A DNA stretch of 64,000 bases from Thermoproteota archaeon. GTDB taxonomy: Archaea > Thermoproteota > Methanomethylicia > Culexarchaeales > Culexarchaeaceae. Below, piece by piece: positions 28,612-40,462 of this stretch; within the stretch, counting starts at the first letter, position 1; each line of letters opens with the position of its first letter. Location: assembly GCA_020833005.1 (NCBI GenBank), contig JAJHRD010000002.1, positions 70,287 to 134,286 on the forward strand, given 5' to 3'. The notes beneath the pieces were generated by a model. It did no database searches and was not told the origin of the DNA. It was given only the letters and a program-made list of their open reading frames with translations. Position numbers and translations under genes: made by a program.

Positions 28612-29643
28612 ATGTTGAAAACCATTGAGAAGAAAATTCCGAAAAAAGTGAAGAAGCAAAAAGTCTTAGAAGAACTAATGGAACTAATGAAGTCCAATGA
28701 GATAATAGCCATAGCATCTCTAAAAGGGTTGAGAGCTCGTCAATTACAGGAAATACGTAAAATATTGAGAAACAATGGTATCTACTTGAAGGTAGCTAAA
28801 AACACTCTGTTCAAAAAAGCAATCGAAGAATGTTCAAATGATCTGAAGAACATAGAGGCTTTAGAGAAATACTTGTCAGAACAAAATGCATTCATATTTT
28901 CAAATGGAAACCCATTTGAACTTGCACTAATACTGGAAAAGAATAAGGTATATATGGAAGCAAAGGCAGGGGATATTGCACAAAATGACATAATAGTGCC
29001 AGCTGGAAATACTGGAATGACTCCTGGACCAATAATAAGTAAATTCAATGCATTAAAAATCCCAGTGAAAATTGAGGAAGGATCTATATGGATAACTAAA
29101 GATACCATAGTTGCCAAGAAGGGGGATATAATAAGCCCAGACTTAGCAGATATACTTAAAAGGTTGAATATAAAACCCATCGAGGTGAAGATGAGGATAA
29201 AAGCATTATACTTTAATGGAAGAATACTTGGAGAAGAAGAACTTAAACTAAATATCGAAGAATACCACCAAATGATAAAAGATGCCGTTAGAAACGCATA
29301 CGTAATAGCCATAGACGCTGCACTCCCAATACCAGAAGTAATGGTTCAAGTAATAACTAAAGCTGCAAGAATTGCGAGGAAAATTGCAGCAGAAATCGCT
29401 ACACCAGAACCGGGAATTATAAAGGAAACATTGGCAATCGCAAATAGTAGGGCATTAATGTTAGCTATGAAGCTCATGCAAATAAATCCAGAATTAAAAA
29501 TTATTGAGGGAATAACAATGCCTGCAGCAGCCAGTGCAGCACCATCAGCTGAAGCAAAACCAAAGGAGGAAAAGAAGAAGGAAGAGAAGGAGGAGAAGGA
29601 GGAGGAAGAGATAGCAGAAGGACTAGCATCACTATTCGGATAA
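28612..29643 (+). CDS. rplP0: 50S ribosomal protein L10 / acidic protein P0
   Basis: 343 aa. The acidic tail ...EEKKKEEKEEKEEEEIAEGLASLFG is shared with L12. Confidence 0.9.
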   Translation: MLKTIEKKIPKKVKKQKVLEELMELMKSNEIIAIASLKGLRARQLQEIRKILRNNGIYLKVAKNTLFKKAIEECSNDLKNIEALEKYLSEQNAFIFSNGNPFELALILEKNKVYMEAKAGDIAQNDIIVPAGNTGMTPGPIISKFNALKIPVKIEEGSIWITKDTIVAKKGDIISPDLADILKRLNIKPIEVKMRIKALYFNGRILGEEELKLNIEEYHQMIKDAVRNAYVIAIDAALPIPEVMVQVITKAARIARKIAAEIATPEPGIIKETLAIANSRALMLAMKLMQINPELKIIEGITMPAAASAAPSAEAKPKEEKKKEEKEEKEEEEIAEGLASLFG

Positions 29644-29653
29644 ACAACTTTAA
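29514..29653 (+). repeat. 140-nt perfect direct repeat, copy 1 (P0 3' end plus 10 nt of 3' UTR)
   Basis: Identical nucleotide string, acaatgcctgcagcagccagtgcagcaccatcagctgaagc...ggataaacaactttaa, also found at 29894-30033. Confidence 0.9.
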
Positions 29654-29684
29654 ATATACGTTTTATAACTCTTTTAATCGCATA

Positions 29685-30023
29685 TTGGAGGTGATTAGTA
29701 TAGAATACGTATATGCAAGCCTCCTCTTACACTACGCTAAAAAGCCAATTGAAGAAAAGAGCTTAAGAAGGATACTAGAGGCAGCTGGCATTGAAGTGGA
29801 TGATGTCAGATTGAAAGCTATGGTGGCAGCTTTAAAGGAAGTCAATATAGATGAAGCAATAAGTGCAGCCTCAACAATCACCCCAACAGTAGCAACAATG
29901 CCTGCAGCAGCCAGTGCAGCACCATCAGCTGAAGCAAAACCAAAGGAGGAAAAGAAGAAGGAAGAGAAGGAGGAGAAGGAGGAGGAAGAGATAGCAGAAG
30001 GACTAGCATCACTATTCGGATAA
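29685..30023 (+). CDS. rpl12: 50S ribosomal protein L12 (P1 stalk protein)
   Basis: EYVYASLLLHYAKKPI N-terminal dimerisation helix and the acidic tail ending GLASLFG. The start codon is uncertain (TTG 29685 or GTG 29691). Confidence 0.85.
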   Translation: MEVISIEYVYASLLLHYAKKPIEEKSLRRILEAAGIEVDDVRLKAMVAALKEVNIDEAISAASTITPTVATMPAAASAAPSAEAKPKEEKKKEEKEEKEEEEIAEGLASLFG

Positions 30024-30033
30024 ACAACTTTAA
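29894..30033 (+). repeat. 140-nt perfect direct repeat, copy 2 (L12 3' end plus 10 nt of 3' UTR)
   Basis: Nucleotide-identical to 29514-29653 across the coding tail, the stop codon and the first bases downstream. Confidence 0.9.
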
Positions 30034-30177
30034 TAAAATTTTAAGATTTAAGAGAATCATTTATCGAGTTTAATTTACATAATGATGAAATCAACTTAAT
30101 TGTCAAGTAGTTAATATATAATTGTTGAAACTTATCATTAATCTGTAGAGCATAATATAATGGATGGTGGAAAATGA

Positions 30178-32868
30178 ATGAAAGGAAATGTTGATGAATA
30201 TGCAATAGACTACTTTAAGAAAAATGGTTTTGAAAGGAAAATATGTAAAAAATGTGGAAATCCATTTTGGACCATAAACCATAGCAAAACAACTTGCGGG
30301 GAAGCACCATGTGAACCATATGATTTCTTGATAAATCCAATAATGAAGAAGTATAGTTCATTAGACGATTTGAGGAAGACATATTTAACATACTTTGAAA
30401 AAAATGGGCATACAATAATAGACCCATATCCAGTGGTGGCGAGATGGAGGGATGATATTTACTTAACCATTGCTAGCATAGCCGTATTTCAGCCACACAT
30501 AACAAGTGGAGAAGCAGATCCACCTGCAAATCCACTGGTAATTTCACAACCATGTATAAGATTAGTTGACATTGACGATGTGGGAAAAAGCATGAAACAT
30601 TTAACAATATTTGAAATGGCAGCCCACCATGCCTTCAACTATCCAAACAAGGAGATCTATTGGAAGGATAAAACCGTAGAATTATGCCACAACTTCCTAA
30701 CGGAAATAATGAATGTAGATCCAATGAACATAACTTACAAGGAAAGCTGGTGGGAGGGAGGGGGGAATGCAGGTCCTTGTCTAGAGGTGTGTGTGGGAGG
30801 ATTAGAGATAGCCACACTAGTATTCATGATGTATAAAGTGATAGATGACAAATATGAGTTAATGCCCATGCGAATAGTTGATACCGGATATGGACTTGAA
30901 AGGATATTATGGGAATCGCAAAGCAAACCAACTATATTCCATTCCATATACGATGAAATATTAAATGATGTTCTATCAAAGAGTGATATTGAAGATAAAT
31001 CTGAGATGCTAAGGAAATACGTATATAAATCTTCAATGGGAGACAGACAAGACTATAAAACCTATGGAGAATACTTAAATACAATACAAGGGGTATTTGC
31101 ATTACTAGACTATACCAAATGCTTAACATTCATGCTTGCAGACGGCCTTGTACCATCAAACTCAGGGGGAGGATATCTGGCAAGACTCCTTATAAGAAGA
31201 GCCTTAAGATTAATCAACACAACGAAAATAAATCTTTCACTAAAAGATCTAATTAAACTTCAAATAAGGAAATGGGGAAAAACGTACAGACACATAGCAG
31301 AAATGGAGGAGGAAATATATGACATGTTAAACGAGGAGGAGGAGAAGTATATTGCCACGATGAAGCGTGGGGAAAGGATAATTCAAAACATAATAAATGA
31401 GGTAAAAAGGAAGGGTGCAAATACAATACCATCATCAAAACTCATAGAACTCTATGATTCCCAAGGGATACCACCAGAAATGGTTCAAGAAGTTGCAAAG
31501 AAGAATGATATTAAAGTAGAAGTGCCTGAGAACTTTTACTCAGAAGTGGTTAAAAGGCACTTAAAAGCATGTGGAAGTGGAGAAAAGAAGGAATTGAAAA
31601 TAAGCATTGAAAAGTATCCTCCAACTAAAAGGATATATTATGATGACCCATATCAATTTGAATTTGAAGCAAAGGTCATAGGGATTGAAGGAAACAAAAT
31701 AATACTAGATTCCACAGCATTCTATCCTGAAGGGGGAGGACAACCTTACGATCAAGGGGTAATAACATGGAATGGAGGAAATGCAAAGATAATAAATGTA
31801 CAAAAGGTGGGAGATGTAATTCTACATGAAGTAGAAGGAGATAAACCGCCCTTAGGAGAAATTATACATGGATTTATAGATGTTGAAAGAAGATTAGCGT
31901 TGATGAGAAGCCATACAGCCACACATATACTGGTAGCTGCACTAATGAAAGTATTAGGAAAACACATTTGGCAAGCTGGAGCACAAAAAGACGTATACAA
32001 AAATCGTTTAGACGTAACTCATCATAAACAGTTAAGCGATGTGGAAATAGAGAAGGTTGAAGAAATTGCCAACACTTACGTTTTAAAAAATGTTGATGTT
32101 AAAGTGTATGAAATGCCTAGAGCTGAAGCAGAAAGGAAATATGGAGTAAGAATCTATCAGGGGGGCGTAGTGCCTGGAAGGAATGTGAGGATAGTGGAAA
32201 TAGAGGGAATAAACGTTCAAGCATGCGGAGGATTACATGTAAAGAGGACAGGTGAAGTGGGATTAATAAAGATATTAAAATGCAATAAAATTCAAGATGG
32301 AGTCCTGAGGCTTGAATTCACATGTGGACTATCATCACTAAAACATATACAAAACAAGGAGAAACTAATAAAAGAGGCTACAAAGATCTTAAATACACAA
32401 GAAGAACATCTAATTAAAAACATTGAAAAGCTAAAGGGTGAAAACGAAAAAGTGAAATTAGAATACAGACAGCTCTGGAAGAAACATATACAAGAAATTA
32501 TATTGAAAAACATTATTCCCAATCCAATAGTATACGACCATACAAAAATATTCATAGCGAAATTCAATGACCTCACAAAAGAACAGATGATAGAAATTGG
32601 TGGGGAAATCCTAAAAATGGAGAAGGAGGCAATGGTTATAATATTAAATATGAATGCCAACTTCATTAATTATGTAGTAATGATGAATGAAGATTTAGTG
32701 GATAGAGGGTTGAATGCATCCATAATTGCGGAGAGGATATCAAAAATATTAGAAGGGAAGGGCGGGGGAGATAAAACCATAGCACAAGGATACGGCAAAA
32801 GAATAGATAGAATCGCCATGATAGAAGAGGAAGTGAAGAAATATATTAAAGAGTTGCAGAAAACTTAG
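30178..32868 (+). CDS. alaS: Alanine--tRNA ligase
   Basis: 896 aa. Archaeal AlaRS catalytic core, editing domain HxxxH (HTATHIL) and C-terminal DHHA1-like GGGGDKTIAQG. Confidence 0.9.
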   Translation: MKGNVDEYAIDYFKKNGFERKICKKCGNPFWTINHSKTTCGEAPCEPYDFLINPIMKKYSSLDDLRKTYLTYFEKNGHTIIDPYPVVARWRDDIYLTIASIAVFQPHITSGEADPPANPLVISQPCIRLVDIDDVGKSMKHLTIFEMAAHHAFNYPNKEIYWKDKTVELCHNFLTEIMNVDPMNITYKESWWEGGGNAGPCLEVCVGGLEIATLVFMMYKVIDDKYELMPMRIVDTGYGLERILWESQSKPTIFHSIYDEILNDVLSKSDIEDKSEMLRKYVYKSSMGDRQDYKTYGEYLNTIQGVFALLDYTKCLTFMLADGLVPSNSGGGYLARLLIRRALRLINTTKINLSLKDLIKLQIRKWGKTYRHIAEMEEEIYDMLNEEEEKYIATMKRGERIIQNIINEVKRKGANTIPSSKLIELYDSQGIPPEMVQEVAKKNDIKVEVPENFYSEVVKRHLKACGSGEKKELKISIEKYPPTKRIYYDDPYQFEFEAKVIGIEGNKIILDSTAFYPEGGGQPYDQGVITWNGGNAKIINVQKVGDVILHEVEGDKPPLGEIIHGFIDVERRLALMRSHTATHILVAALMKVLGKHIWQAGAQKDVYKNRLDVTHHKQLSDVEIEKVEEIANTYVLKNVDVKVYEMPRAEAERKYGVRIYQGGVVPGRNVRIVEIEGINVQACGGLHVKRTGEVGLIKILKCNKIQDGVLRLEFTCGLSSLKHIQNKEKLIKEATKILNTQEEHLIKNIEKLKGENEKVKLEYRQLWKKHIQEIILKNIIPNPIVYDHTKIFIAKFNDLTKEQMIEIGGEILKMEKEAMVIILNMNANFINYVVMMNEDLVDRGLNASIIAERISKILEGKGGGDKTIAQGYGKRIDRIAMIEEEVKKYIKELQKT

Positions 32869-32911
32869 TATTAAAGTAAACAGTAATTGATTAATTGAAT
32901 ATTAAAAAAAT

Positions 32912-33583
32912 ATGATACCTATGAATCTAGAAATACTGAAGGAAGCCATAATAGATATGAGATACTTACTCAATAGAGGGTATAATCGAAAGACTGCAGC
33001 AGACTATGTAACATCAAGGTATAAGTTAAGTAAAGAAGAAAGAGCTATAATATTTAGAGCAGTATACCCAGATGAGCAAGCAAAGAGTAGATTAAAGAAG
33101 TTAATCAACATAGAGGAAGTTGCTGGAAATACACTTTTAATAGATGGGTTTAATAATATAATTACCATAGAAAACGCATTAAGAGGAGCAATACTAATAA
33201 AATGCGATGATGGACTAATACGTGATATATCATACACGTCTAGAAAGTTCAAAATGACACAATATACTGAAAAAGCAATAATGCTGATATTTGAAACATT
33301 AAGAATGTGCAGAGCAAAAGAATCGATATTCTTTTTTGATGAACAGATAAGCTTCAGCGGTGAAATAGCATCAAAAATAAGGCAAAAAATGAGGGAAGAA
33401 GGGGTAAATGGAGATGCAAGAACATCTAAAAGGAATGATACTGAAATCATATCAAAAGGTGGGATAATAGCATCAAGTGATTCATTAATAATGGAAAGAG
33501 CTAATAAAATATTCGATCTTGCTGGATATATAATAAACTCAAAATTTAAGGAAAGAATACTCGATATTACAATATTCAAATAG
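32912..33583 (+). CDS. DUF434-like protein with NYN/PIN-like (YacP-type) nuclease-like domain
   Basis: 223 aa. The N-terminal region resembles archaeal DUF434. The central LLIDGFNNII resembles the NYN/YacP hLIDGYN motif. Family assignment from memory only. Confidence 0.45.
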   Translation: MIPMNLEILKEAIIDMRYLLNRGYNRKTAADYVTSRYKLSKEERAIIFRAVYPDEQAKSRLKKLINIEEVAGNTLLIDGFNNIITIENALRGAILIKCDDGLIRDISYTSRKFKMTQYTEKAIMLIFETLRMCRAKESIFFFDEQISFSGEIASKIRQKMREEGVNGDARTSKRNDTEIISKGGIIASSDSLIMERANKIFDLAGYIINSKFKERILDITIFK

Positions 33584-33641
33584 CGTGATATGTGAACAAG
33601 ACACTACTAAAATAATGCCAAAATCGAAATTTAATTGGATG

Positions 33642-33716
33642 CGGGCCCGCCGGGATTTGAACCCGGGACCCCTGGCTCCGAAGGCCAGTGCTCTATCCAA
33701 ACTGAGCTACGGGCCC
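33642..33716 (-). tRNA. tRNA-Arg (anticodon TCG)
   Basis: Reverse complement folds as GGGCCCG acceptor, GCTC/GAGC D-stem, anticodon stem CTGGC/GCCAG with loop CUUCGGA, and T-arm CCGGG-TTCAAAT-CCCGG. Confidence 0.8.
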
Positions 33717-33824
33717 ATCCACAATTACGATATCACAATAAATGTAACATCAAACACAACTCAATAATTATCATTCGAAAAATATTAATAAATATGCTCA
33801 ATTTAATTCTAATGATAAATTCTA

Positions 33825-33902
33825 GCCCAGGTGGTGTAGCCCGGTCTAACATCCGAGCCTGTCGAGCTCGGGCCCCGGGTTCAAATCCCGGCCTGGGCGC
33901 CA
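33825..33902 (+). tRNA. tRNA-Asp (anticodon GTC), CCA encoded
   Basis: Acceptor GCCCAGG/CCTGGGC. Anticodon stem CGAGC/GCTCG with loop CUGUCGA. T-loop TTCAAAT. Discriminator G, then CCA. Confidence 0.8.
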
Positions 33903-33980
33903 TTCAATACCGTTGTGAGAGAGTAATTTTTTAATATTCACATTAACATGAAATATTTGGGTTTAAAATTCAGTTGCAGT

Positions 33981-34058
33981 GGGCCCGTAGCTCAGCCAGG
34001 ACAGAGCAGTGGGCTTTTAACCCATTGGTCGCGGGTTCAAATCCCGCCGGGCCCGCCA
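33981..34058 (+). tRNA. tRNA-Lys (anticodon TTT), CCA encoded
   Basis: Acceptor GGGCCCG/CGGGCCC. Anticodon stem GTGGG/CCCAT with loop CUUUUAA. T-arm GCGGG-TTCAAAT-CCCGC, then CCA. Confidence 0.85.
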
Positions 34059-34225
34059 AATATTTAATGATGATATTGTATGAGGGAGTTAATCATTATT
34101 AGATGATGAAGTGATAAGGTTAACGCCTCACAATTTATTTAATTGATGAAAAAGCGAAATATTTATTGGTTAGTATTTACGCTTAACATTTTTGACTTAA
34201 TATTTTAATGTTTGGTGATATGGGA

Positions 34226-34468
34226 ATGAGTAAAAAGTTTTCCATTTTTGATCATGTTCTTGTGCCACAACACATACTATTAAGTAAGAAAGAAGCTGAG
34301 GAAGTTTTAAAACAACTCGGTGTAAAACCTCATCAATTACCATACATACGTGTTAGTGATCCAGCTGCAAGAGCTTTGGGGGCTAAGAGGGGGGATATAA
34401 TAAAGATTATCAGGAAGAGTCCTACAGCAGGAACTACGATAGTATATAGGTATGTGGTTCCAGGGTGA
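34226..34468 (+). CDS. rpoH: DNA-directed RNA polymerase subunit H (Rpb5 homolog)
   Basis: About 80 aa from the internal ATG. HVLVPQH...[28 protein letters not shown] is the RpoH signature. Overlaps the rpoB start by 4 nt. Confidence 0.85.
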   Translation: MSKKFSIFDHVLVPQHILLSKKEAEEVLKQLGVKPHQLPYIRVSDPAARALGAKRGDIIKIIRKSPTAGTTIVYRYVVPG

Positions 34469-37400
34469 ATGGTATGGTTAAATTAAAAGATGAAGATAGA
34501 TGGGCTTTAATGGAAGCATTCTTTAAAGAGAAAGGTCTTGTCAGACAGCACTTAGATTCATTCAATGATTTTGTAACTAGAGGGATTCAACAAATAGTGG
34601 ATGAGCAAGGAGAGATTGAGACAAGCATACCTGGATTGAAGGTTAGATTGGGAGAAATAAAGATAGGAGAACCTACAGTTCTTGAGGCAGATGGTTCTGA
34701 AGATAAAATTTATCCCATGGATGCTAGGCTTAGAAATCTAACCTATGCAGCATCGATATATTTAACAATGATACCAGTTGAAGACAATATAGAGGGGGAA
34801 AGAGTAGAAGTTTTCATAGGAAGACTCCCAATAATGGTTAAATCCATCAAATGTAGATTAAACGGGTTAAGTAGGGAACAACTCATAGAGCAAGGGGAGG
34901 ATCCAGACGACCCTGGAGGATACTTCATAATAAACGGTTCTGAGAGAGTACTTGTGGCACAAGAAGACCTTGTGGCAAACAGGATACTGGTGGATGTGGG
35001 GAGAGCAGGCTCCTCCGCAACACACACCGCAAAAGTCTTCTCAACAGCTGCAGGATATAGGGTGCCAATAACGCTCATTAGGTTAAGGGATGGAACACTC
35101 CACGTATCATTCCCATCAGTTCCTGGTAGAATACCATTATGCATACTTATGAAGAGCCTTGGATTAAAGACGGATAAGGAAATAGTGGAAACAGTTTCAG
35201 ATGACCCTGAAATACAGCAATTAATGATACCTTCACTAGACCAAGCTTCTGCAATAACAACCGTTGAAGACGCTTTAGATTACATTGGAAATCGTGTTGC
35301 AATAGGGCAAACTAGAGAGTACCGTATTCAGAGAGCACAACAAATACTTGATAAATATTTCCTTCCACACCTAGGGACAGATGCCAGAAGTAGGAAGAAA
35401 AAGGCATTATTCTTAGGGCAAATGGCTGAAAAGCTACTTGAACTGGTGTTAGGTAGACGAAAACCAGATGATAAAGACCATTACGCAAATAAAAGACTAA
35501 AACTTGCCGGAGACTTATTAATGAGCCTATTCAGAGTGGCATTTAAGAATCTATGTAGAGATGTAAGATATCAGCTTGAACGCGCAAAAAGCAGAGGGAG
35601 AAGAATAAACATAGTGAATTTAGTGAGAGCAGACATAATCACGGAGAGACTAAGACATGCCATAGCAACTGGTAATTGGGTTGGAGGAAAGGTGGGTGTA
35701 AGCCAGCTTCTAGATAGAACAAACTATATGTCAACACTAAGCCATCTTAGAAGGGTCGTTTCACCATTGAGCAGAAGTCAACCACACTTCGAAGCGAGGG
35801 ATCTACACTCAACACACTGGGGTAGACTATGTCCAACAGAAACCCCTGAAGGCCCCAACTGTGGCCTCGTAAAGAATTTAGCATTAATGGCAATAGTGTC
35901 TGTGGGCACAGATGAAGAGAGCATAGAGAGAAAGCTCATCCACCAACTTGGAGTCATACCCATAGAGGTAGCGAAACGGGAAAAGATAGCTGGGGCAAAA
36001 GTATTCTTAAATGGATGCCTAATAGGGGTTCATCCAAACCCAGAAGCTCTATGCACAGAATTTAGAAAACTCCGCAGACTTGGAAAAATACACTATGAAG
36101 TAAACATCGCACATTACAAGGACGAATACATAAATGAAGTATATGTAAATTGCGATGCTGGAAGAGTTCTACGCCCACTATTCGTAGTTGAAAATGGAGA
36201 AGTAACCATCACAGAAGAAGTGATCAATAAAGTGAAGAGAGGGGAACTTTCATGGAGTGATGTTGTAAAAAATGGATACATTGAATATCTGGATGCAGAA
36301 GAAGAGGAAAACGCATACATAGCAGTAAAAGAAGAAGAATTAACTAAAGAGCATACACACCTAGAAATAGCACCACCAACAATATTGGGAATATGTGCAT
36401 CCATAATACCCTACGCTGAACATAATCAATCTCCAAGGAATTCATATGAAGCAGCCATGGCAAAACAAGCCTTAGGACTATATGCAATAAACCAACATAT
36501 AAGAATGGATTCAAGAGCACATCTACTACACTACATCCAAAAACCAATAGTAACAACAAAACCCAGTAAGATAGTTAAATATGAAGAACGCCCCGCAGGA
36601 CAAAACCTAATAGTTGCAGTCTTAACATACTCAGGATATAACATTGAAGACGCAATTATAATAAACAAATCATCCGTGGAAAGAGGCCTAGGACACTCAA
36701 CATTCTTCAGATGCTATGAAGTGGAGGAGAAGAGGTATCCCGGAGGAGAAGTTGACAGAATAGAAGTTCCAGACCCATCTGTAAGAGGGTATAGAGTGGC
36801 CGACGCATATAAACTACTGGATGAAGATGGAATAATAGAACCAGAAGTGGAAGTGAAAGGTGAAGTAGTGCTAGTTGGAAGAACGAGCCCACCAAGATTC
36901 TTAGAAGAACCAACTGGAATAAGAGTTGAAGAACGTACAAGGAGAGAAACCTCCCTCACACTAACACATGGAGAAAGCGGAATTGTCGATAAAGTTTTAC
37001 TAACGAAAACCTCTGAAGGTGATAGACTAGTGAAAGTTAGGGTAAGGGAGATGAGGATACCTGAAATAGGAGACAAATTTGCATCAAGACATGGCCAGAA
37101 GGGGGTAATAGGTATTCTAATTCCACAAGAAGATATGCCATTCACAGAAGATGGAATAGTTCCAGACCTAATAATAAACCCACATGCATTCCCATCAAGA
37201 ATGACATTAGGACAATTACTGGAGAGCATAGCGGGAAAAGTTGGAGCACTTGCAGGAAGATATGTTGATGGAACACCATTCGAAGGTGAAAAGGAGGAGG
37301 ATATAAAGGAAGAGTTGAAGAGACTTGGATTTAAATCAAATGGATGTGAAGTAATGTATGATGGAAGAACAGGGCAAATGTTACAAGCAGAAGTATTTAT

Positions 37401-37803
37401 AGGGGTCGTATATTATCAGAAACTACACCACATGGTTGCAGACAAAATACATGCACGTGCAAGAGGACCTGTACAAATACTAACCAGACAACCAACGGAA
37501 GGAAGGGCTAGGGAAGGGGGGCTGAGATTTGGAGAAATGGAGAGAGACTGCTTAATAAGTCATGGAGCATCAATGCTACTAAAGGAGAGATTACTAGAAG
37601 AATCTGACAAAACAACAGTATATGTGTGTGAAAGATGTGGGACTATAGCATATTATGATGCAAATAGGAGAGAATACGTTTGCAGGATTTGTGGAGATAA
37701 GGCAAAAATCTCACCAGTAATAATGTCATATGCATTTAAACTACTCTTACAAGAATTAATGAGTTTGACAATTATGCCAAAAATAATCTTGGAGGAGATG
37801 TAA
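34465..37803 (+). CDS. rpoB: DNA-directed RNA polymerase subunit B (unsplit)
   Basis: 1112 aa, a full-length Rpb2 homolog including the C-terminal Zn motif (CERCG...CRICG). Unsplit B is typical of Crenarchaeota. Confidence 0.95.
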   Translation: MNGMVKLKDEDRWALMEAFFKEKGLVRQHLDSFNDFVTRGIQQIVDEQGEIETSIPGLKVRLGEIKIGEPTVLEADGSEDKIYPMDARLRNLTYAASIYLTMIPVEDNIEGERVEVFIGRLPIMVKSIKCRLNGLSREQLIEQGEDPDDPGGYFIINGSERVLVAQEDLVANRILVDVGRAGSSATHTAKVFSTAAGYRVPITLIRLRDGTLHVSFPSVPGRIPLCILMKSLGLKTDKEIVETVSDDPEIQQLMIPSLDQASAITTVEDALDYIGNRVAIGQTREYRIQRAQQILDKYFLPHLGTDARSRKKKALFLGQMAEKLLELVLGRRKPDDKDHYANKRLKLAGDLLMSLFRVAFKNLCRDVRYQLERAKSRGRRINIVNLVRADIITERLRHAIATGNWVGGKVGVSQLLDRTNYMSTLSHLRRVVSPLSRSQPHFEARDLHSTHWGRLCPTETPEGPNCGLVKNLALMAIVSVGTDEESIERKLIHQLGVIPIEVAKREKIAGAKVFLNGCLIGVHPNPEALCTEFRKLRRLGKIHYEVNIAHYKDEYINEVYVNCDAGRVLRPLFVVENGEVTITEEVINKVKRGELSWSDVVKNGYIEYLDAEEEENAYIAVKEEELTKEHTHLEIAPPTILGICASIIPYAEHNQSPRNSYEAAMAKQALGLYAINQHIRMDSRAHLLHYIQKPIVTTKPSKIVKYEERPAGQNLIVAVLTYSGYNIEDAIIINKSSVERGLGHSTFFRCYEVEEKRYPGGEVDRIEVPDPSVRGYRVADAYKLLDEDGIIEPEVEVKGEVVLVGRTSPPRFLEEPTGIRVEERTRRETSLTLTHGESGIVDKVLLTKTSEGDRLVKVRVREMRIPEIGDKFASRHGQKGVIGILIPQEDMPFTEDGIVPDLIINPHAFPSRMTLGQLLESIAGKVGALAGRYVDGTPFEGEKEEDIKEELKRLGFKSNGCEVMYDGRTGQMLQAEVFIGVVYYQKLHHMVADKIHARARGPVQILTRQPTEGRAREGGLRFGEMERDCLISHGASMLLKERLLEESDKTTVYVCERCGTIAYYDANRREYVCRICGDKAKISPVIMSYAFKLLLQELMSLTIMPKIILEEM

Positions 37804-37804
37804 T

Positions 37805-40462
37805 ATGGAAAGCGTAGTTGAAACGTATAAAAAGATAAAATCATTACAATTTGGATTACTATCACCAGACGTTATTAGGAAAATGTCAGTTGCCATAATA
37901 TCCACACCAGACACTTACGATGAAGATGGATGGCCCATAGATGGAGGATTAATGGATAGAAGACTTGGAACCATAGAGCCAAGTCAGAAATGTGCCACAT
38001 GTGGCAATAGAATGGGAGAATGCCCAGGACACTTTGGACATATAGAATTGGCGAGACCAGTAATACATGTTGGATTCGCAAAAATAATACATCAATTGTT
38101 AAGAGCAACATGTAGAAGATGTGGCAGAATACTCTTAACACAAGAGGAAATAAACAATTATAAAAGGATAATCAATGAATACTCAAAACGCTGGCCTGAA
38201 TTGCTAGATGACCTCTATAGAAAGATACTTTCCAAATGCCTCAAGGCGAAGGAATGCCCACATTGCAATGAAGTACAATACAAGATAAAACTGGAAAAGC
38301 CAACAACATACTATGAAGAAACGAAAGAGGGAGTAGTGAGATTATCCCCAATAGAGATAAGAGCAAGACTTGAAAGAATACCAGATGAAGATCTAACCCT
38401 ACTGGGAATAGACCCAAAGAATGCAAGACCAGAATGGATGGTATTAACAGTGCTACCAGTTCCACCAATAGCTGTAAGACCATCAATAACACTGGAATCT
38501 GGAGTTAGATCAGAAGACGATTTAACACATAAATTAGTGGATATTGTACGTATAAATGAACGTTTAAAAGAAAACATAGATGCAGGAGCCCCGCAACTGA
38601 TAATCGAAGATTTATGGGAATTGCTACAGTATCATGTGAACACATACTTTGATAATGAAGTGTCAGGTATACCTCCAGCACGCCACAGATCCGGAAGACC
38701 TCTGAGAACACTAACCCAGAGATTGAAGGGGAAGGAGGGAAGATTTAGAAGTAACCTATCTGGAAAGAGAGTAGACTTTTCAGCTAGAACCGTAATATCA
38801 CCAGATCCAAACATAAGTATAAATGAAGTTGGTGTACCAGAAGAGGTGGCAAAAATACTAACAATACCAGAAAGAGTTACCCCCTGGAATATTGAAGAGT
38901 TAAGGAAACTTGTTTTAAATGGACCCTTCAAGCATCCTGGAGCAAATTACATAATTAGACCAGATGGTAGAAGAATAGATTTGAGATATCCGAAGGATTT
39001 AAGCGCCATAGCAAACAATCTGGCACCAGGATACATAGTTGAAAGACACATTAGAGATGGAGATATAGTGATATTCAATCGCCAACCATCTCTACATAGA
39101 ATGTCGATAATGGCCCATAGGGTAAAAGTTTTGCCATACAAGACGTTTAGGTTAAATCTATGCGTGTGCCCACCATACAATGCAGATTTTGATGGAGACG
39201 AAATGAACCTACACGTACCACAGAGCGAAGAAGCAAGAGCTGAAGCAGCAATACTCATGCTAGTACAAGAACAGATACTATCACCAAGATATGGAGGCCC
39301 AATCATGGGTGCACTGCAAGACTACATAACGGGAGCGTACATGTTAACAAGGAGAGAAACTTTGCTAAATAAAGAAGAAGTCTGCAAATTACTATATGCT
39401 GCAGGATACGATGGCCCACTACCCCCACCAATAATTAAAGAACCAAAGGAAATGTGGTCTGGAAAACAAATTGTAAGCCTATTCTTACCCCCAGACTTAA
39501 ACTTTGAAAAGAAGGCAAACATATGCAATAAGTGTGATGAATGTAAGAAGGAGAAATGTCCATACGATGCATATGTAGTTATAAGGAATGGAAAATTAAT
39601 TTCAGGAGTCTTTGATAAAAAGATAATAGGTGCAGGACAACCGGAAAGCTTACTTCATGAAATCATCAAAAGATATGGTTCAGAAGCCGCTAAAAAGTTC
39701 ATGGACCAAGTTTTCAAACTCTTCCTAGCATACATAGATATGCATGGATTCACTATAAAGCTTGATGATCAAAGCATACCAATTGAAGCTAGGGAAACCA
39801 TAAAGAGTGTACTTAAAAAGGCTGAGGAAGAATCGAAGGAGATTATAAGGGCATACAAGGAGGGAGAGTTGCAGAGACTGCCAGGAAGAACACTTGAAGA
39901 GACATTCGAAATGAAAATGATGGAAGTATTAAGTAATGCAAGAGATACTGCTGGGAAAATAGCTGCAGAATATCTAGGTTTAAACAATAGTGCCGTAATA
40001 ATGGCGAAAACGGGTGCTAGAGGGAACATACTTAACCTAACACAAATGGCAGCCGTCATAGGACAACAATCAGTAAGAGGCGAAAGGATATCACGCGGAT
40101 ATAACAATAGGACACTACCACACTTCAAATGGGGGGATATGGGTGCAGCTGCAAAGGGATTTGTTTACAACTCCTATAAAACAGGATTAAACCCACTGGA
40201 ATTCTTCTTCCACAGCATGGGTGGAAGAGAGGGACTTGTGGACACAGCAGTAAGAACATCGCAAAGCGGGTATATGCAGAGGAGACTTATGAATGCACTA
40301 CAAGATCTAAAAGTAGAATATGATGGAACTGTAAGAAATGCAAGTGGGAAGATAATTCAATTCACATATGGAGAAGATGGGGTGCACCCAGCAAAAAGCT
40401 ATCATGGTAAAGCTGTAGACATTGACAAAATAATAAAAGAAGTTTTAATGGAGGGGAGTTAA
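37805..40462 (+). CDS. rpoA1: DNA-directed RNA polymerase subunit A'
   Basis: 885 aa. Rpb1 N-terminal two-thirds with Zn motifs (CATCGN...CPGHFGH) and the catalytic [10 protein letters not shown]. Confidence 0.95.
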   Translation: MESVVETYKKIKSLQFGLLSPDVIRKMSVAIISTPDTYDEDGWPIDGGLMDRRLGTIEPSQKCATCGNRMGECPGHFGHIELARPVIHVGFAKIIHQLLRATCRRCGRILLTQEEINNYKRIINEYSKRWPELLDDLYRKILSKCLKAKECPHCNEVQYKIKLEKPTTYYEETKEGVVRLSPIEIRARLERIPDEDLTLLGIDPKNARPEWMVLTVLPVPPIAVRPSITLESGVRSEDDLTHKLVDIVRINERLKENIDAGAPQLIIEDLWELLQYHVNTYFDNEVSGIPPARHRSGRPLRTLTQRLKGKEGRFRSNLSGKRVDFSARTVISPDPNISINEVGVPEEVAKILTIPERVTPWNIEELRKLVLNGPFKHPGANYIIRPDGRRIDLRYPKDLSAIANNLAPGYIVERHIRDGDIVIFNRQPSLHRMSIMAHRVKVLPYKTFRLNLCVCPPYNADFDGDEMNLHVPQSEEARAEAAILMLVQEQILSPRYGGPIMGALQDYITGAYMLTRRETLLNKEEVCKLLYAAGYDGPLPPPIIKEPKEMWSGKQIVSLFLPPDLNFEKKANICNKCDECKKEKCPYDAYVVIRNGKLISGVFDKKIIGAGQPESLLHEIIKRYGSEAAKKFMDQVFKLFLAYIDMHGFTIKLDDQSIPIEARETIKSVLKKAEEESKEIIRAYKEGELQRLPGRTLEETFEMKMMEVLSNARDTAGKIAAEYLGLNNSAVIMAKTGARGNILNLTQMAAVIGQQSVRGERISRGYNNRTLPHFKWGDMGAAAKGFVYNSYKTGLNPLEFFFHSMGGREGLVDTAVRTSQSGYMQRRLMNALQDLKVEYDGTVRNASGKIIQFTYGEDGVHPAKSYHGKAVDIDKIIKEVLMEGS

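Noticed and set aside
29514-30033. Repeat considered as a possible CRISPR-like or mobile repeat
   Set aside because: Only two copies. They lie inside the 3' coding ends of paralogous genes. No spacers, no cas genes, no terminal inverted repeats. Explained by gene conversion between P0 and L12.
30088-30168. C box-like AAUGAUGA in the L12-alaS spacer with a distal CUGU
   Set aside because: No proper D box (CUGA), no C'/D' pair and the spacing is too long. More likely promoter/UTR sequence.
33585-33934. ORFs 33585-33767 and 33635-33934 (+)
   Set aside because: They run straight through tRNA-Arg and tRNA-Asp. The translations (PGFEPGTPGSEG...) are just tRNA stems read as codons.
34062-34135. 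Two AUGAUGA words in the tRNA-Lys-rpoH spacer
   Set aside because: No CUGA D box anywhere in the spacer, so there is no C/D sRNA architecture. Probably the RNAP operon promoter/leader.
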